This document shows positions 27,904 to 49,424 of a stretch of DNA of 64,000 nt, in pieces. The stretch is from Adineta vaga (Eukaryota; Animalia; Rotifera), in NCBI GenBank assembly GCA_021613535.1, contig CP075494.1, positions 11,222,001 through 11,286,000 of the forward strand, read 5' to 3'. Each line of letters opens with the position of its first letter. Within the stretch, counting starts at the first letter, position 1. Both the position numbers and the translations under genes were made by a program. The notes under the pieces are model-generated. The model was not told the DNA's origin. It ran no database searches and saw only the letters and a list, made by a program, of their open reading frames with translations.

Positions 27904-28816
27904 CTATTTTTCAAAACGATTCAATAGGTCTGTTTTAGCGTTGAGTAACAATTTAAATGCATCTTCACTCCCAGGTGCATCACTTTTATCTGGATGTAAT
28001 AATTTCGCTAAACGTTTGTAAGCTACTAAAACATCTTCCTTTGTACAATTAGGTTTTAAGCCTAAACGTTCGAAATTATCTTTATTATTTCGTAAACGAT
28101 TGATTGCTTCGACTTGTTCGATAGTAAAATTAACATTTGGAAGATTAGTATCGGGTAAAACACCACCATTTTCATTTGTATCGATCAGAATAGAAAATAA
28201 ATTGTCAAACATTTCTTGTACACCGGTACCGGTTGCAGCTAAACGATAAAATTTAAAAAAAGTTAGAATACGAGTACTCTAGTAATTAGTGGACTTTTAA
28301 TTTCTAATTTTTTTTAAAACTTTCTTTAGCATCTTTAAAGGTACCTGATGTTTCAAAATATTGATAACCACGAATATTTGCCCATAGTTTTGCTTCGTTT
28401 TCATCTACAACTCTTTTTAAATCATTTTTATTTCCAATAACAAAAACACTAATCGAAGATTTATGTCCATTGTGTAAATTTAATTCTTTTTTCATTTCTG
28501 TTAACCAAGATTCTAATGATTCAAATGATCGACGATTATTTAAATCAAAAACAAGTAAAATGCCTTGAACATCACGATAAAATTCATTTCGAACTTCATA
28601 AAAAAGTGGATGACCAGAAAAATCAAATATATTCATTCGTATATCATAATTACGTATCCGTATTCGTGTAACACCATAATCAATACCAACTGTTGCCATA
28701 TATTTCGATACAAAACGTTTTTCACAATAACGTTTAATTAAACAACTTTTGCCAACACTAACATTACCAAGGCTTATGATTTTAAAGCGAAGAAGATGAT
28801 CAGATTTTGTAGTCAT
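27904..28816 (-). CDS. DNAJC27: DnaJ homolog subfamily C member 27 (RBJ; Rab-like GTPase plus J domain), two exons
   Basis: GNVSVGKS P-loop, DFSGH G3, GNKND G4, ETSA G5 across the intron; C-terminal J domain with HPDK and APGSEDAFK. Confidence 0.95.
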
Positions 28817-29417
28817 TACTATCTACAATAGAAAATTCAATTAAAAATAATGTAAACGAAGGTGAACACGAGGAACGAGTAATGCTCACATTTCTCTTTT
28901 ATTTTCTTTCGTTTCCTGTTGTCACTAAGGTAACGGGAAGAATATTCTATTACTTCCGATAGATGGAGATACATTTTTTCAATAACGAAAGTCTATTCAT
29001 TGAATTTACATATAAATGGATTAGATGAATACAATCTTTAGTAAAAGTGTCGATACGATATGCAAACAAACTTTAAAAGATTCGTCTTCTTAAAACGTAC
29101 GACTTAGAAATCATCCATCTTCCTGAATCAAACTAGATTTGACTGAACATTGATCAAATCCACTTTCCCACTAATACATTTTATAGATGAGAAATATTAA
29201 TGATTAATCGCATGATACAGTTCATCATCCACTTTGTGAATACATAAGACAATGTGTGCGCGATTTTTTTCAACATACATACACTATCGACATCTACCTA
29301 ATTGATATGCAGTGAAATCTCTATTGGTTTATTAAAATATCCATATTGTCTGAAAGAACAGATGAAATGACCAAATCCTTTCCTTAAAATTTTTTTTTCA
29401 ATTGACATCGAATTCAA

Positions 29418-31326
<1,909 letters not shown>

Positions 31327-31910
31327 ATCTTTCGTTCTCTTCTTCTCTTTTTTGTTTGTCTTTGTATTATTGTGTCGTGTAAAACTAGTACATTTGTTAT
31401 TCTTTAAAATAAGAAAAAAAAAATGAGTCCTTGAAATAGTTATATCAATTAGTTTTCTACTTTTCTATGAAGAATCATGTATTTTGAGTTATTGAAAAAG
31501 AAAAGAAAACGAAAGAAAAAGCCCTTGCGGGTATAGTAAAAATAATTTATCAAGTCTACAAACATGAATACTTTCATATTTAGTGATACTTGTTATGACA
31601 TCATCTGTCCTTGCTAAATAGACAATCTTTTTTTCATGCAAGGTCGGTCTGTGTTGAATGTTATGCGACGAAATTGATTACTAGCATGTTTAACTGTACG
31701 TTTATCATATAGAATTGTAAACTAAAAAGACATAGATGAAAAATGTCGACAACGATACGCACATTTATTTAGAGAAAGACGAAAAACCAGTCATCAGTAA
31801 CGATAGACACACCTGAGAAGTAAATTTTTTCTTTGGCTAACGCGGTTAGAGGGTGATCATGAGGGGAAAAAAACAAATATAAAATAGACGAAAATTTTAC
31901 TTGAACAAGT

Positions 31911-33486
31911 ATGGGAGGACTACTTAACAGAAGAAAAAATCAATATGATCCAAATTTTTATAACGATCCATATTATCCTGCAGGTATACCACCTACTGGC
32001 GTACCCGGTCCGTATTCTTATGCACCGGGGCCTGATCCATACGGAGGAGGGTTAGGAGGATATGAACCTGATCCGTACGGCTATGGTCCTTATGAAACTG
32101 ATCCATTTCTAACTTACGGACAACCGTACGGTCGTAGAACAAATCATTATGGTGGTCGATATGGTCGAGGTAGGTTTTAATGCAATGAAAAATAAATTGA
32201 ACTCGACAAAAATTTACACGCTATTTATCTATGTCAATATAGGTTACAGTCAAATGGGTGGATTATCTCCTTGGAACTACGGTAACTTTTACTTAGGAAA
32301 TACCACCATGCAAATGGTACCATATATGCAAAGAAAAGTAGCGAAATATGCTTTACGACAAGGAATGGGTGGTATGGGTGGTATGGGTGGCATGGGTGGT
32401 ATGGGTGGCATGGGTGGTTTTGGAGGTGGTTGTATGCCAATGATGCCTTGCATGCCAATGATGCCTTGTATGCCATCAGCGTGTAGTATGCCTATGGCTT
32501 CACCAATGATGGCAATCGCTGCACCATTACCTGTTGCTTATAATCCACTAGTTCAAGGTATGTATCCAGTAGTAACAGCAAATGCAGCCAATTGGATGAC
32601 ACCATCATCATTTATGTCTGCATTGACAACGGGTCCAATGCCTTATCGACCACCACCATCCTTCGAACTACCAAACAATATCGGTATGGTAATGACTGTT
32701 CCTTATGGTGCACCTAATCCTTTACTTTCACCACCTACATTTGGTGGTTTTTCACCACAATTTAATGCCGGCAGTGGATATTCATGTTGTTGTTCTTATT
32801 GTACACCATGCGCACCACCACCAACGATAACTTATTATCCACGACCAGTATGTGTTCCACAACCATGTCCTGCTCCATATCCAGTTCCAGTACCAATTCC
32901 TAATATTCAACAAGTACCAGTTCCCAAGCCTATCACTGTTGTTGCTCCACCAATTATTGCTAACTGCAATCAACCTTTTGGTATGCCTGCTGGAGCACCA
33001 TTATTACCATCTCAAGGTGGTTTCACTCAAAATGGTTTTGGTCAAACATTAGTCATGGCATCACATAATTCAACTTTAGAAACATTACTAAGTGATGAAA
33101 CACCTGCTAAATCCAAACATGACACATCGACTTCGAAAACTATAAATGAAAATCGTCGTCGAAAAGCTCAACAAATTGCTTCCAGTCTTTCTAATCTTGG
33201 ATTAAATACAAGTGTAAGTAAAGAAACAACAATTAGTAAACGTAAACATCGAACAAAATCAAAACATACTTCCTTAAACTTTGATTCTCTTTATCTTTCG
33301 AATGGAAAAAATATTTTCGATTCCGATTGGTTATCGTCCGATGAATTAACTGATATTTTAAATAACTCAAAATCAAATCGACATACAAAATCTACTACAC
33401 ATCATTCAAATCGTCATAAAAACTCATCACGATCTCATCATGATTGTGTTGTTTGTCGACAAGAACAAATGACTAAAATCAAATAG
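31911..33486 (+). CDS. Orphan Gly/Pro/Tyr/Met/Cys-rich repetitive protein; exons 31911-32169 and 32243-33486
   Basis: A phase-1 intron 32170-32242 (gtaggt...atag) joins the two ORFs in frame; (GGM)n, (MPMMPC)n and PVPVP repeats; basic Ser-rich tail ending HHDCVVC. Confidence 0.75.
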
Positions 33487-33628
33487 TTGATTTCTGGAAT
33501 GATTTCTTTTCTTTTCTCATATAACATTTTACATTAAACATCTTCTCTTCTTTTATTAGTTTTATCTCTTTTCTAATAACTATAATAAAAATACACACAA
33601 AAAAAACAACAGACTTGTTTTTTTCTCT

Positions 33629-35028
33629 TTATTGAAAACATTGCAACGAACAACGATAGTATTCTGTTGAACAAATGTCATATTCATTCGAAGGAAATAA
33701 GATTGTTCTATTTTCATATAAATAATTCAAAATATGTTGAATTCGACTTAGTAATAAACCAAATTCTTCTCGATTAGCATTCGCACACATATCACGTAAT
33801 AAATCTTTGATACGCCAAAGAAATCGAAGTAAATGTATTGAACCATAATAATCACATAAAGATATTGTCGAATCTCTTTCTAATAATTGTCGTAATTGTA
33901 AACGTTCAAAACGATAGAGTAAACATTTACCTAATGCTGTATTAAACATATCAATTAACGATGCAATTAATGTTCGAATAGCGAGTACTTCAGCTAATGA
34001 ACATTCATTGATTTGTTGTTCTAAATAATTATTGAAAATATTTCGTATAATTAATGTTGAATCGATTGGTGGAATTGAAAGAAGATAATTATGATTATTA
34101 ATTAAATCACGATCATTGATTAGAAATTCGACAAGTTCGGATGAAAAATGTAACCATTCCATTTGATAGGAATAAAAACGACGTGTTAAACGTTGACAAG
34201 TTTCATGTTGTGCAGATATTGTGGGTGATAAATCATTTACAATTATAGTTGTTGGTTCAGGTTCTGAATAGAAACAAAATTTCATTGATTCAAATATGCT
34301 TTTATTAAATAAATCTTACTTTTATCTTTTGTTGTCAATTTTCCAATTGTATTTACATTTCGTTTGAATTTTTTAGCATCAGGTTCACTTGTATCATTAT
34401 TTGTTGTAGTTAAATCTGTATTCGTTATTAATTCACTGGTTGTACTACTACTACTGCTACTTCCGGTATCACTACGTCCAGATAATGATGGAGTTTCTTC
34501 CAGAGGAAAATGATTGTTGAGATTATTTGGCACTTCATTGATTATGGAATCCATATTAGTACTTGTTGAATGATCAGATATTGATCGACTAGTTGTTCGT
34601 TTTAATGGACTTGTACTATTCGTTTTTCGTAAATTTTTCAATCTTGCTTTACCTTTACCATGTTGATGAAGTAATTGTGCTTGTTTTTTCAATCCAGCTT
34701 CATCCATTTTAACAAGACGAGTTTCATCCACCCATTCATCCCATTTCGAACTCCAACCACAATAATGTACTAAATAAGATGGACGATGAAAATTTCCACT
34801 ATCATTTTCTTTCATCTTATGATCAACACATTTAACTTCATAGAGAAGTACACCATGATAACAAAGCATAAGTTCATTTTTTTTAAAACGATATTTTGTT
34901 GATGATAATTCATTATCAATTTGTAAAACATCGATTATAGGTTCATTTGTTTGATGATTATATTCTTCGTCGTCTTCTTCTTCTCCATCTTCATCACCAT
35001 CTTCAAGCATTTCTTCTTCATCCGACAT
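33629..35028 (-). CDS. MRG-family chromatin protein (MRG15/MSL3-like): chromo-barrel plus MRG domain, two exons
   Basis: LCYHGVLLYEVKC...YLVHYCGWSSKWDEWV chromo-barrel; FNTALGKCLLYRFERLQ and YGSIHLLRF MRG motifs. Confidence 0.88.
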
Positions 35029-35477
35029 AATAGAAATCTTCTTATTGATTATTTAATTCTGAGAATTTTTCTGTCAAGGAAGATATTATATTATATTATG
35101 ATCTTTCAAATGATGAGAAAGAAAAAGGCACGATAGAATGAATGATGATCATTATTCCATTTATATGCAATGATTGACAAGCGCCACAATCTATTGCAAA
35201 TATTTTACGATGTTGTGTCATAGCGCTAGTTGTCGATGTATTTATATAGTGAAATGATTATTTCGGTTAAATTGGCGCATTGAAAATTTAGTAGTGAAGC
35301 GCTTTATTTATCACTAGAAACACTTTTAGTAACTATCATTTCAGTTCTCTCTGTTTATCGTATCTCTTATTCTAATATATTACTATCAATATTACGTTCA
35401 TTCTTCTGTTTCGAATTGATGATCGTACACAGTTTTATTTCATTTTTTCTTATCTACAATATTTATCATTTGACAAC

Positions 35478-37363
35478 ATGTATCAAAGGTAACCTTGTTT
35501 CTCTCAATTTAATTGATCAATCGTTTATAAAAATGATGTGAGTAATCGAAGAATTTTTCCTTATTGTTTACAGCAACACAAAGTTTTTCGTTGAAACAAT
35601 ATGGAAATACTAAAACAATCCACTTGCAAAGAATTATTCGATCAATTATACCACAGGCTAACGACATATGGAATAGTATGCATCGCAAAAAGAGATCAAA
35701 TGACAATTCTAATGAAACGAAGTCAAGTAATATAAACTACCAAACATTTAGTTGTCATATTCTTATATGTTAGTGGAAGTAACTTCAAACGATCCGATCA
35801 CTGATGTAGTGGCGTTCGATACCAGTGAACAAGAAACGACAACAAGAGAAGCAGGTGAATAGTCAGTATTCTAGTACTATTTCTGCTACTACATTTTTCA
35901 TCGTAAGAGTTATTTCGATTCTAATTGAAAGATATCAAGCGATTTCCAGTGTAAATATTGTGAATGAAAATTTATATTATCGTTTTTTTGAGCAGAATCT
36001 TCAATCATACAGAAAAATAAAACGTAGGAATCGTCATTATGCCCAAAACCAATATAAGTTTATTACCAATTACTCATAGTGATTGGCACAGATATTTTTC
36101 ATTTGATATAAACATGTTGCATTTTCCAAAGAAGAGCCATATATTACCATATATATGTATATTCAGATCTATGTAAAAAAGGATGAGTGTCCAGTCTTCA
36201 ATGACATGAATAACTCTAGATGCTACATTCGTATGAAGATAATCACTATGAAAAAAACCTCAGTTATCGAACTTCTTTGAATATATAGAATCTTATTTCG
36301 GGATCATATAATTTATCGATTTCTGACACTTACCGTCATAGTACGTATGAGCTCGATCGATTTTTGTACTTTTCTCTTAAAACTGTATTATAATCACGAA
36401 CCATTACCAGTGAGAGATTATCCAACATCATGATATAGATATTGTCATCCAATTTGATTAGTTACTTTATTTAAACGCAATTTCTATAAACACCTCTTTC
36501 GTCTTTCAATGTTGTTTGCTTTTACAAACATGACATAAATCTCTCTTAAACTATCCCAAGCACAATCTATATAAATAGTTACTCAGAAAAAACACCGAAC
36601 TTCGTCTATTTTCTAGATTCAACATCTACCGAAAAATCTGATTCAACTAATTCCATGTAAATAAACGATTCAAACAACTCTCCTATCGAATTCCTTACCT
36701 GTAATTGACTAAGCCGAACTTTTCCGCATTTTTAGTTCAGAAACCGATATCCAGCACGAAGCTCACATTGAAAAGCCATCGCAAACATCGTCAGAACTTT
36801 CTAACTCCAGTGAGTACGATGCAAATCTTTATTCTAGAGTTATAACTTTGCCATTTAATTTTCAGAATCGATGTCAGAATCACTATTTCCAACAGTAGAA
36901 CATTTGTCATCTGATGAAAATAGCGTAACTGATCTGAATGGAGACTCTTATCCAGCATCAACATCTTCCAAATCAAGTTTGAATCAGCAGACGCAATACT
37001 GGAATACATCGCACATTGTATTTTCAGATGATGTAACTGGATCAGATTTCGATTCGATGAAGGCTGCATTAATTAATGTCGGTGATACAGATGCTATCAA
37101 GGAGAGTGAACATGAATCATCAAAATCTGTAGATTCAAGTGAGAATAGTTAAAAAGTAATAGTTGTTGAATTATCATTCTTTTCAATTTCAGAGGAAAGC
37201 AAAGACAATTTGAGTAGATTCGAGCTAGACTATCCTGAAGTTCTACATAATGCAACTGGTATCATGGAGAGTACACATGAACCATCAACGTCTACAGACG
37301 GAGGTGAATCCATAGTGAAACAATATTCGCCTACTTCTGGTGGTTGGATTTTTATAGGGTAGC
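35478..37363 (+). other. Series of short Ser/Thr/Glu-rich exon-like segments; possible 5' part of the downstream gene or a separate degraded gene
   Basis: Exon-like blocks with ag/gt borders (e.g. 36867-37148, 37193-37363) and a duplicated KESEHESSKS/MESTHEPSTS motif; a complete model could not be built. Confidence 0.35.
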
Positions 37364-38433
37364 GGTAGTACGATAGTGTGACTTGATAGACCTAGTGGAT
37401 GTAAATAGGTTTTATATATTTGATGTTAGTGGTTTAGTTTTGAGAACGTAGTACATTAGGACTTCGTGATTAGTTGGACAAATTGATAAGATGACGTGTC
37501 AGAAGTAGTTTATGACGATATGATTGATTTTTAATTGCTAGGTATAGGAGTAAATGGATATTGGTTACGGAAGAAGGCAGTCTATTTTTTATGAAGTATT
37601 ACTTTTACTGTTAAGTTACGGACTAAAAAATAGAGATTGATATGAATTTTATACATGAAAAATCTTGATTTTTAAGACGAGAAACCTTAAAGTTGAGAAG
37701 TGATGGTATCTTTCAGTTTTCGTCTATTTTCGATTGTGTTATGACGTTCCCTTTGGAATCGAGTTTCAATAAACTGTTTTTCTGAGTTAGGAATTGAAAA
37801 GAAGAAACACATATATTTCAGATCGTCTGTGATGGAGATGAAATTATAGAGTAATATTTGACATATGCATCTCCAAAAACTGTGATGGTCAGTAACGAAA
37901 AATCTAATGAACGAAAAGAATATTCTGCTTTTTATAAGAGCTAAATTACTAATATTCGTCGGTATTCATACGAAAGTATAAATTTTGTTACAATCATTGT
38001 TTGATATTGATTCTTCATTAATATGACATGTAGAGAACAACTCAAACGATGAAATCGCGCGGAACTCGATTATACGACGAGTTAAAAAGTGTACTCTGTA
38101 AGTTTGAAGACTCTATAGTTTTCAGAAGTATAGTATCTAGCATGTCTCGTAAGAAACGCTTGCCGTATAATAGAAATTAAGTATGCTCTTCGCCTAAAAT
38201 CAGTTCATCGAAAACTAACATCACTGAATTAAAGAGAAAAAACAGTGTGCATTTATGTTTCGCTTCAGCGATTTTAGTTTTTGATGATCCGGTTTTCGGC
38301 GAGGAGCATTGTATTCTGGTTCTCTTTCATTGAACAGCGAAATTCTTGAGTCTTCGTCTATCCATAGTAAAAGAAAAGGTATTCTGTAAGCAGAAGTATC
38401 ATTTTATATACGTTTTGTTTTGTTTATTTGCAG

Positions 38434-41003
38434 GTGGCAAACTCTCGATCTCTGATTCTTTTGAAAACGATATACGGAAATTAGAGCGGCAGACAAACAT
38501 CTTGTCGAAAATATGTAGAACACCTATTGCTTTAGAGCATTATTTTCGGTCTGGTGCTTTTACATATTGTTGTAGTAGATTAAATACAACGGATGGCAAC
38601 CTTTTTGAAAAATATTTAAATAATTATGGTGTTTTTGAGGAACAAGATAATATCGTGAAAGGATGTTTGCGACGAGAAAACTCGATGCGTTATCCGATGT
38701 GCCGCTATTTCATAAGTGAGTTACGGTACATGCGTGCACATGTTATCAGGTGAGTAAATCATGAGCATTTACTAACATTAAATGTGTTTAATTCTCATTA
38801 TCAATTAGAATCGCTCAAAAATCTGGTAGTGAATCAATGCTTAAAAAGATTGATACTGCATTTCAACAGAAATTGCCTCCCAATACTGGCCATATTATAA
38901 ATCAATACAGAATGAGAACAAGGAAAATCTGTGAACATTCATTAGTGCTCCTTTGGAAACCATATGGAATCAAACACTGTGAAAAAATATATCGGAAAAT
39001 GTTGATGGAGACAGAAAAAACTCCTGACGAATACAATAAATTTGATAAAGAAATCAGTCTACCCTATCGATCGTTGATGAACATAGTGTTTACTGTTATA
39101 CAGGTAAGGAAATGTTTTCTTTTGTTTACGTACTACTACAAAAAAAAGACAAGAGTTTAATCTAATTGGGATTAATTCATATTTATTCAGATTGCCAAAT
39201 GCTTTTGACAATTCCTATGGTAAAAAACAATTAAAATTGTTTCCATAACTTTCAATATCGACACAAGTGTAATCCGAAAACTATCAAGTCTTACTTGTTT
39301 CTTCTCCACTAAATCTTTGACAATTTTATAGATTACTGTTCTTATCTTAGAATAAATTTGTGTACAAAATGTATACTTTTATTTAGAATATTTGGGATGA
39401 GTTACAGAACAGCCAGAGTTCCATTCATACACCATTAGTAATTCCAAATGATACCGAAGATTTAAAGTCCATTGAAGATGAAATCGAAACTTATCAAACT
39501 CTCTTTTATGAACCAATGATTTCGCATCATGCAGAACGTGCGCATACCTATAAAATATGTTGTAAAAAAATGGAAACCAAAGATTTCTTCGAAAATTATA
39601 TAGTTAATCTTAATAGTGACTTGGAACAAATAGATCACATTATAAACGTTTGGTTCGTAAATATGTTTCCTTTCTTGAAATGAAACTATTTATTGAATTA
39701 TTTTCTTGAAGTCTCAACAAAGAGAAAGAACTTCATACTGCATCTACTGGAGATAGTGATGCACCTTGCCAAAGAGCTTACACTGGATTGAAAGAAGTCA
39801 TGTGCGAACGTGAAAAGTAACGAACAATTGTGAATTAAACTTTTTAGCAGAAAAAACAAACACTTCTTCCTTTCTATCTTTACAGATATCTTGAAAATCA
39901 TCAACATCACCGTAAGGACATTATCAGACTCTATTCAGATGCAATCGGTTTAAAAGCATCTGAACAGAAAATTATAAGGGCAATGGCAAATATGACTGAA
40001 AAATATTGTCCTGACTATCATGTATTCGAATTGCTATTTAATCCATCGATGGTCATTATTTGTGAAGGACTTATACGTCGCGAAATGAAACATATGGGGA
40101 TGGAGACTTATCTTGAATACGATACTGACATTAGTAAACCATTTCTTAAGATGATCATTGAAGATTGGAAACGACTCGCTCAAGTTAAAGTTGATATGCA
40201 AAAATTACTCACATCGGAGAATGATGAAGCAAAAAGCACAGTAGAATCTAATAGACAAGAAGGGCCTGCACAATTAGGTAAAGAATCAAATAATTTACTT
40301 AATAAACTCGATAAAGTATCAAATAATTTACTGATTAAACTCGATGAAGCAGCAAATAATTTACTTATTAAACTCGATGAAGCAGCGAATAATTTAATTG
40401 GCGGACTAGATGAAGCGTCACACACTGTAGATGATCCAGAAACATATTTTGAAGAATCAGAAGAACCTGAAAACGCATCCGAAAATGAAGAACCATATAA
40501 TGCTGAATATGTTCCAGAAGTAATATTTTATGTGATTCTTTTCATTTAAATATCATTCTATTTTTTTATTCAAGAATTATGAAAAATCACTACCAGACGA
40601 AACCAATAGGTAAACTAATTTAGAGAAAAATCATATCAATGCAAATTCAGTAAAATGAAACATCTAAACTTACGGATTCATTCGTCGGCAATAATGTTTG
40701 CGCGAGAATCTATGGAGTTTTGAATTAATCTAACCGATGTGATCAGAGATAAAATTTTCATTCTCTCGGCCAAACAATACATATGATAGTATAGAAGAAT
40801 TTTAGTTTCTTTCACCTTTGAAAAACTTATGAATAAAAACAATTATTTGCTCATCTTTATTAATATATTCTTATGTATTTCATTTTAGTGACGATGCAAA
40901 AAGTCAAGATGGTGTAAAAAATAGTGCATCAACGTTTAATATGTGGTTTTATCAATCTTGTACGATATTGCTTATGTTTTTTGTTCATATGATTTTCTTT
41001 TAA
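38434..41003 (+). CDS. Orphan multi-exon Cys-containing protein ending in a GPI-anchor-like signal; 5' end unresolved
   Basis: In-frame exons in ORFs 38346-38753, 38837-39160 and 39983-40549; terminal exon 40889-41003 SDDAKSQDGVKNSASTFNMWFYQSCTILLMFFVHMIFF*. Confidence 0.6.
40288..40420 (+). repeat. Coding 33-bp tandem repeat (~4 copies, NNLLIKLDEAA)
   Basis: aataatttacttattaaactcgatgaagcagca-type units repeated in tandem. Confidence 0.85.
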
Positions 41004-41291
41004 AATCTTGTCGAGTTTACCTCTTCTTTTCGATCTTTATCTTCTATTATTTTGAATGAATATTCGGTTTTTTCTGGTCGTTTTTTCAACAAAACTTTAG
41101 TATTCATTGATTTATTTTGAAATGAGCAAGAAAGAAAAACGAAATGAACAACAAAGAAATATGATAAGAAATATTGAACGTATACTGTTCTCGAAAAGAG
41201 AAAAAAAACGTATATCTGCAAATAAAGTAACTAATTGAAATAATAACATTTGGAAGAAGGATAGTTGTATATGAATATGTTTGTTATGAAA

Positions 41292-47740
<6,449 letters not shown>

Positions 47741-49424
47741 ATTTCGAAAATACAGAATGTCCTCGAAAACGGAAACTATCTCGTCAAATTGACGTTTATT
47801 CTCTTGATTTTATATCCTCTACTAACGTTTATATATTTAGAAGAAATTGCTATTTACTCGTTTGTCTATCTCTCTGCTGTTTGTTTCAAAGTTGAAGGTG
47901 TATCTCTTCCTTGTTCTTCGTCTTCCTTTTTCGTTTTTCTCTTTTGATTTTACTCATTGTATGCATAAACATTCAGCATGAGAATGACAAAAACCTTGAT
48001 CAATTCGCTATTGTTTGTCTTCTTGTTTTATTGTAATTTCAATTTTACAAAGGACAATCTTGTGGGACGATGGATTAAAAGCAAAAGAAGTGAATAGAAA
48101 AAGTGTATTATCATTTCACCTCTAGTTCATGTGAACATAAGAAAATCAGATCTCACAAACTATTTAATAGTAGATTAAAATAAATAATCAACTGTAAGTA
48201 AAGCCAACAATATGTTGGAAAGAAAATGTCCTTCCTCTTTAGATGTCATATGTTAACACGAGATATAAGGTAAATTATCAAACACTCTTAATCAATTGAA
48301 ATAAAAACTCAAAGTTTTCAGGAAGATCACTTACCATTAGAAAGAATTTGTCGAGAACGAATACTAATGTTGATCAGATATCTTTAAGTTTCGTCGTAAT
48401 ATGATCGATTGCATAAAACTACGGTGACAAACTATTTTCTCTCCTTTTTTTTTTATTCCAATGTCATATGTTGGATTGAGCAATGAAATGAAAGAGAAGA
48501 GAAAGCGAGAGAGAGAGAGAGAAAGAGACTAACACCTGATGATCATTATTGTCATGTTGCCTTGTAGAGAGCGAAAAAGGAATTAGGAAGTGTATGATGA
48601 TACACCGTTATAACTACATATATATAACAATCATGAATAAAACTAATCACTGGCGACTGTTTGAGATAAGTATAGAGATGTACATAATGAAGGCGAACTG
48701 ATTACTTAATGTAGAGGACAGAGAGTAGAATGAGAAAAGAGAAGCGCATGAATGGTGAGAACGACGATCAGTAAGGGAGGGATTAGCGAGGTGTATATAA
48801 AAATAAATAAAATCATGTTCTCACGTAATTTCTTTCTTTGATCATTTGTAAATGAACTCAAATTTCTTCTTTTAACCCTCATAAATGTTCATTAATCGAA
48901 ATGATGTAACGTATCGAAAGAGAAAAAATACAAGATATTTCTGTTGATCTCAAATTTCAAAGACATAAATAGTATTATAACAATCTTTTTATTAATTACT
49001 ACAATCATTCTAGTTCACATATTTCAAATGAAGAAGATTTCTTTTTCAATCAAATCTAATTTATTCATTAAATAAAATTTTAAAAAGAACAAAATGTCTT
49101 TATTACTATCAAATATATATATATATATATTTATATAAAAAAACAAAACAACGATTTTCTTTTTAGTAGGATTTCTGTTGACCAAACAAATGTGCTTTTT
49201 TTGTTTTCATTCACTCGGAAAGATATGAACTGCATATTTTTTCTAATCAAAAAAAGAATCAATAGCAAGGAGAAAGAAAAACAAAATACAAAACATCAAT
49301 CTATTACATTCACGAAATAGGTCAGCCTGAATTTGATTATACTTTTGTTCAAGGATGAGGATTAGAATGTTCTTCATTGAATAGATGTTTGCTATTTTTT
49401 TGTTATCAGATAAGGAAGACTAAT

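Noticed and set aside
28605-28625. His in place of the catalytic Gln in the DNAJC27 G3 motif (DFSGH)
   Set aside because: This is a known feature of the RJL/RBJ family, not novel.
28817-29417. Head-to-head DNAJC27/U2AF2 arrangement as a special bidirectional system
   Set aside because: Ordinary for a compact genome; no specific element could be identified.
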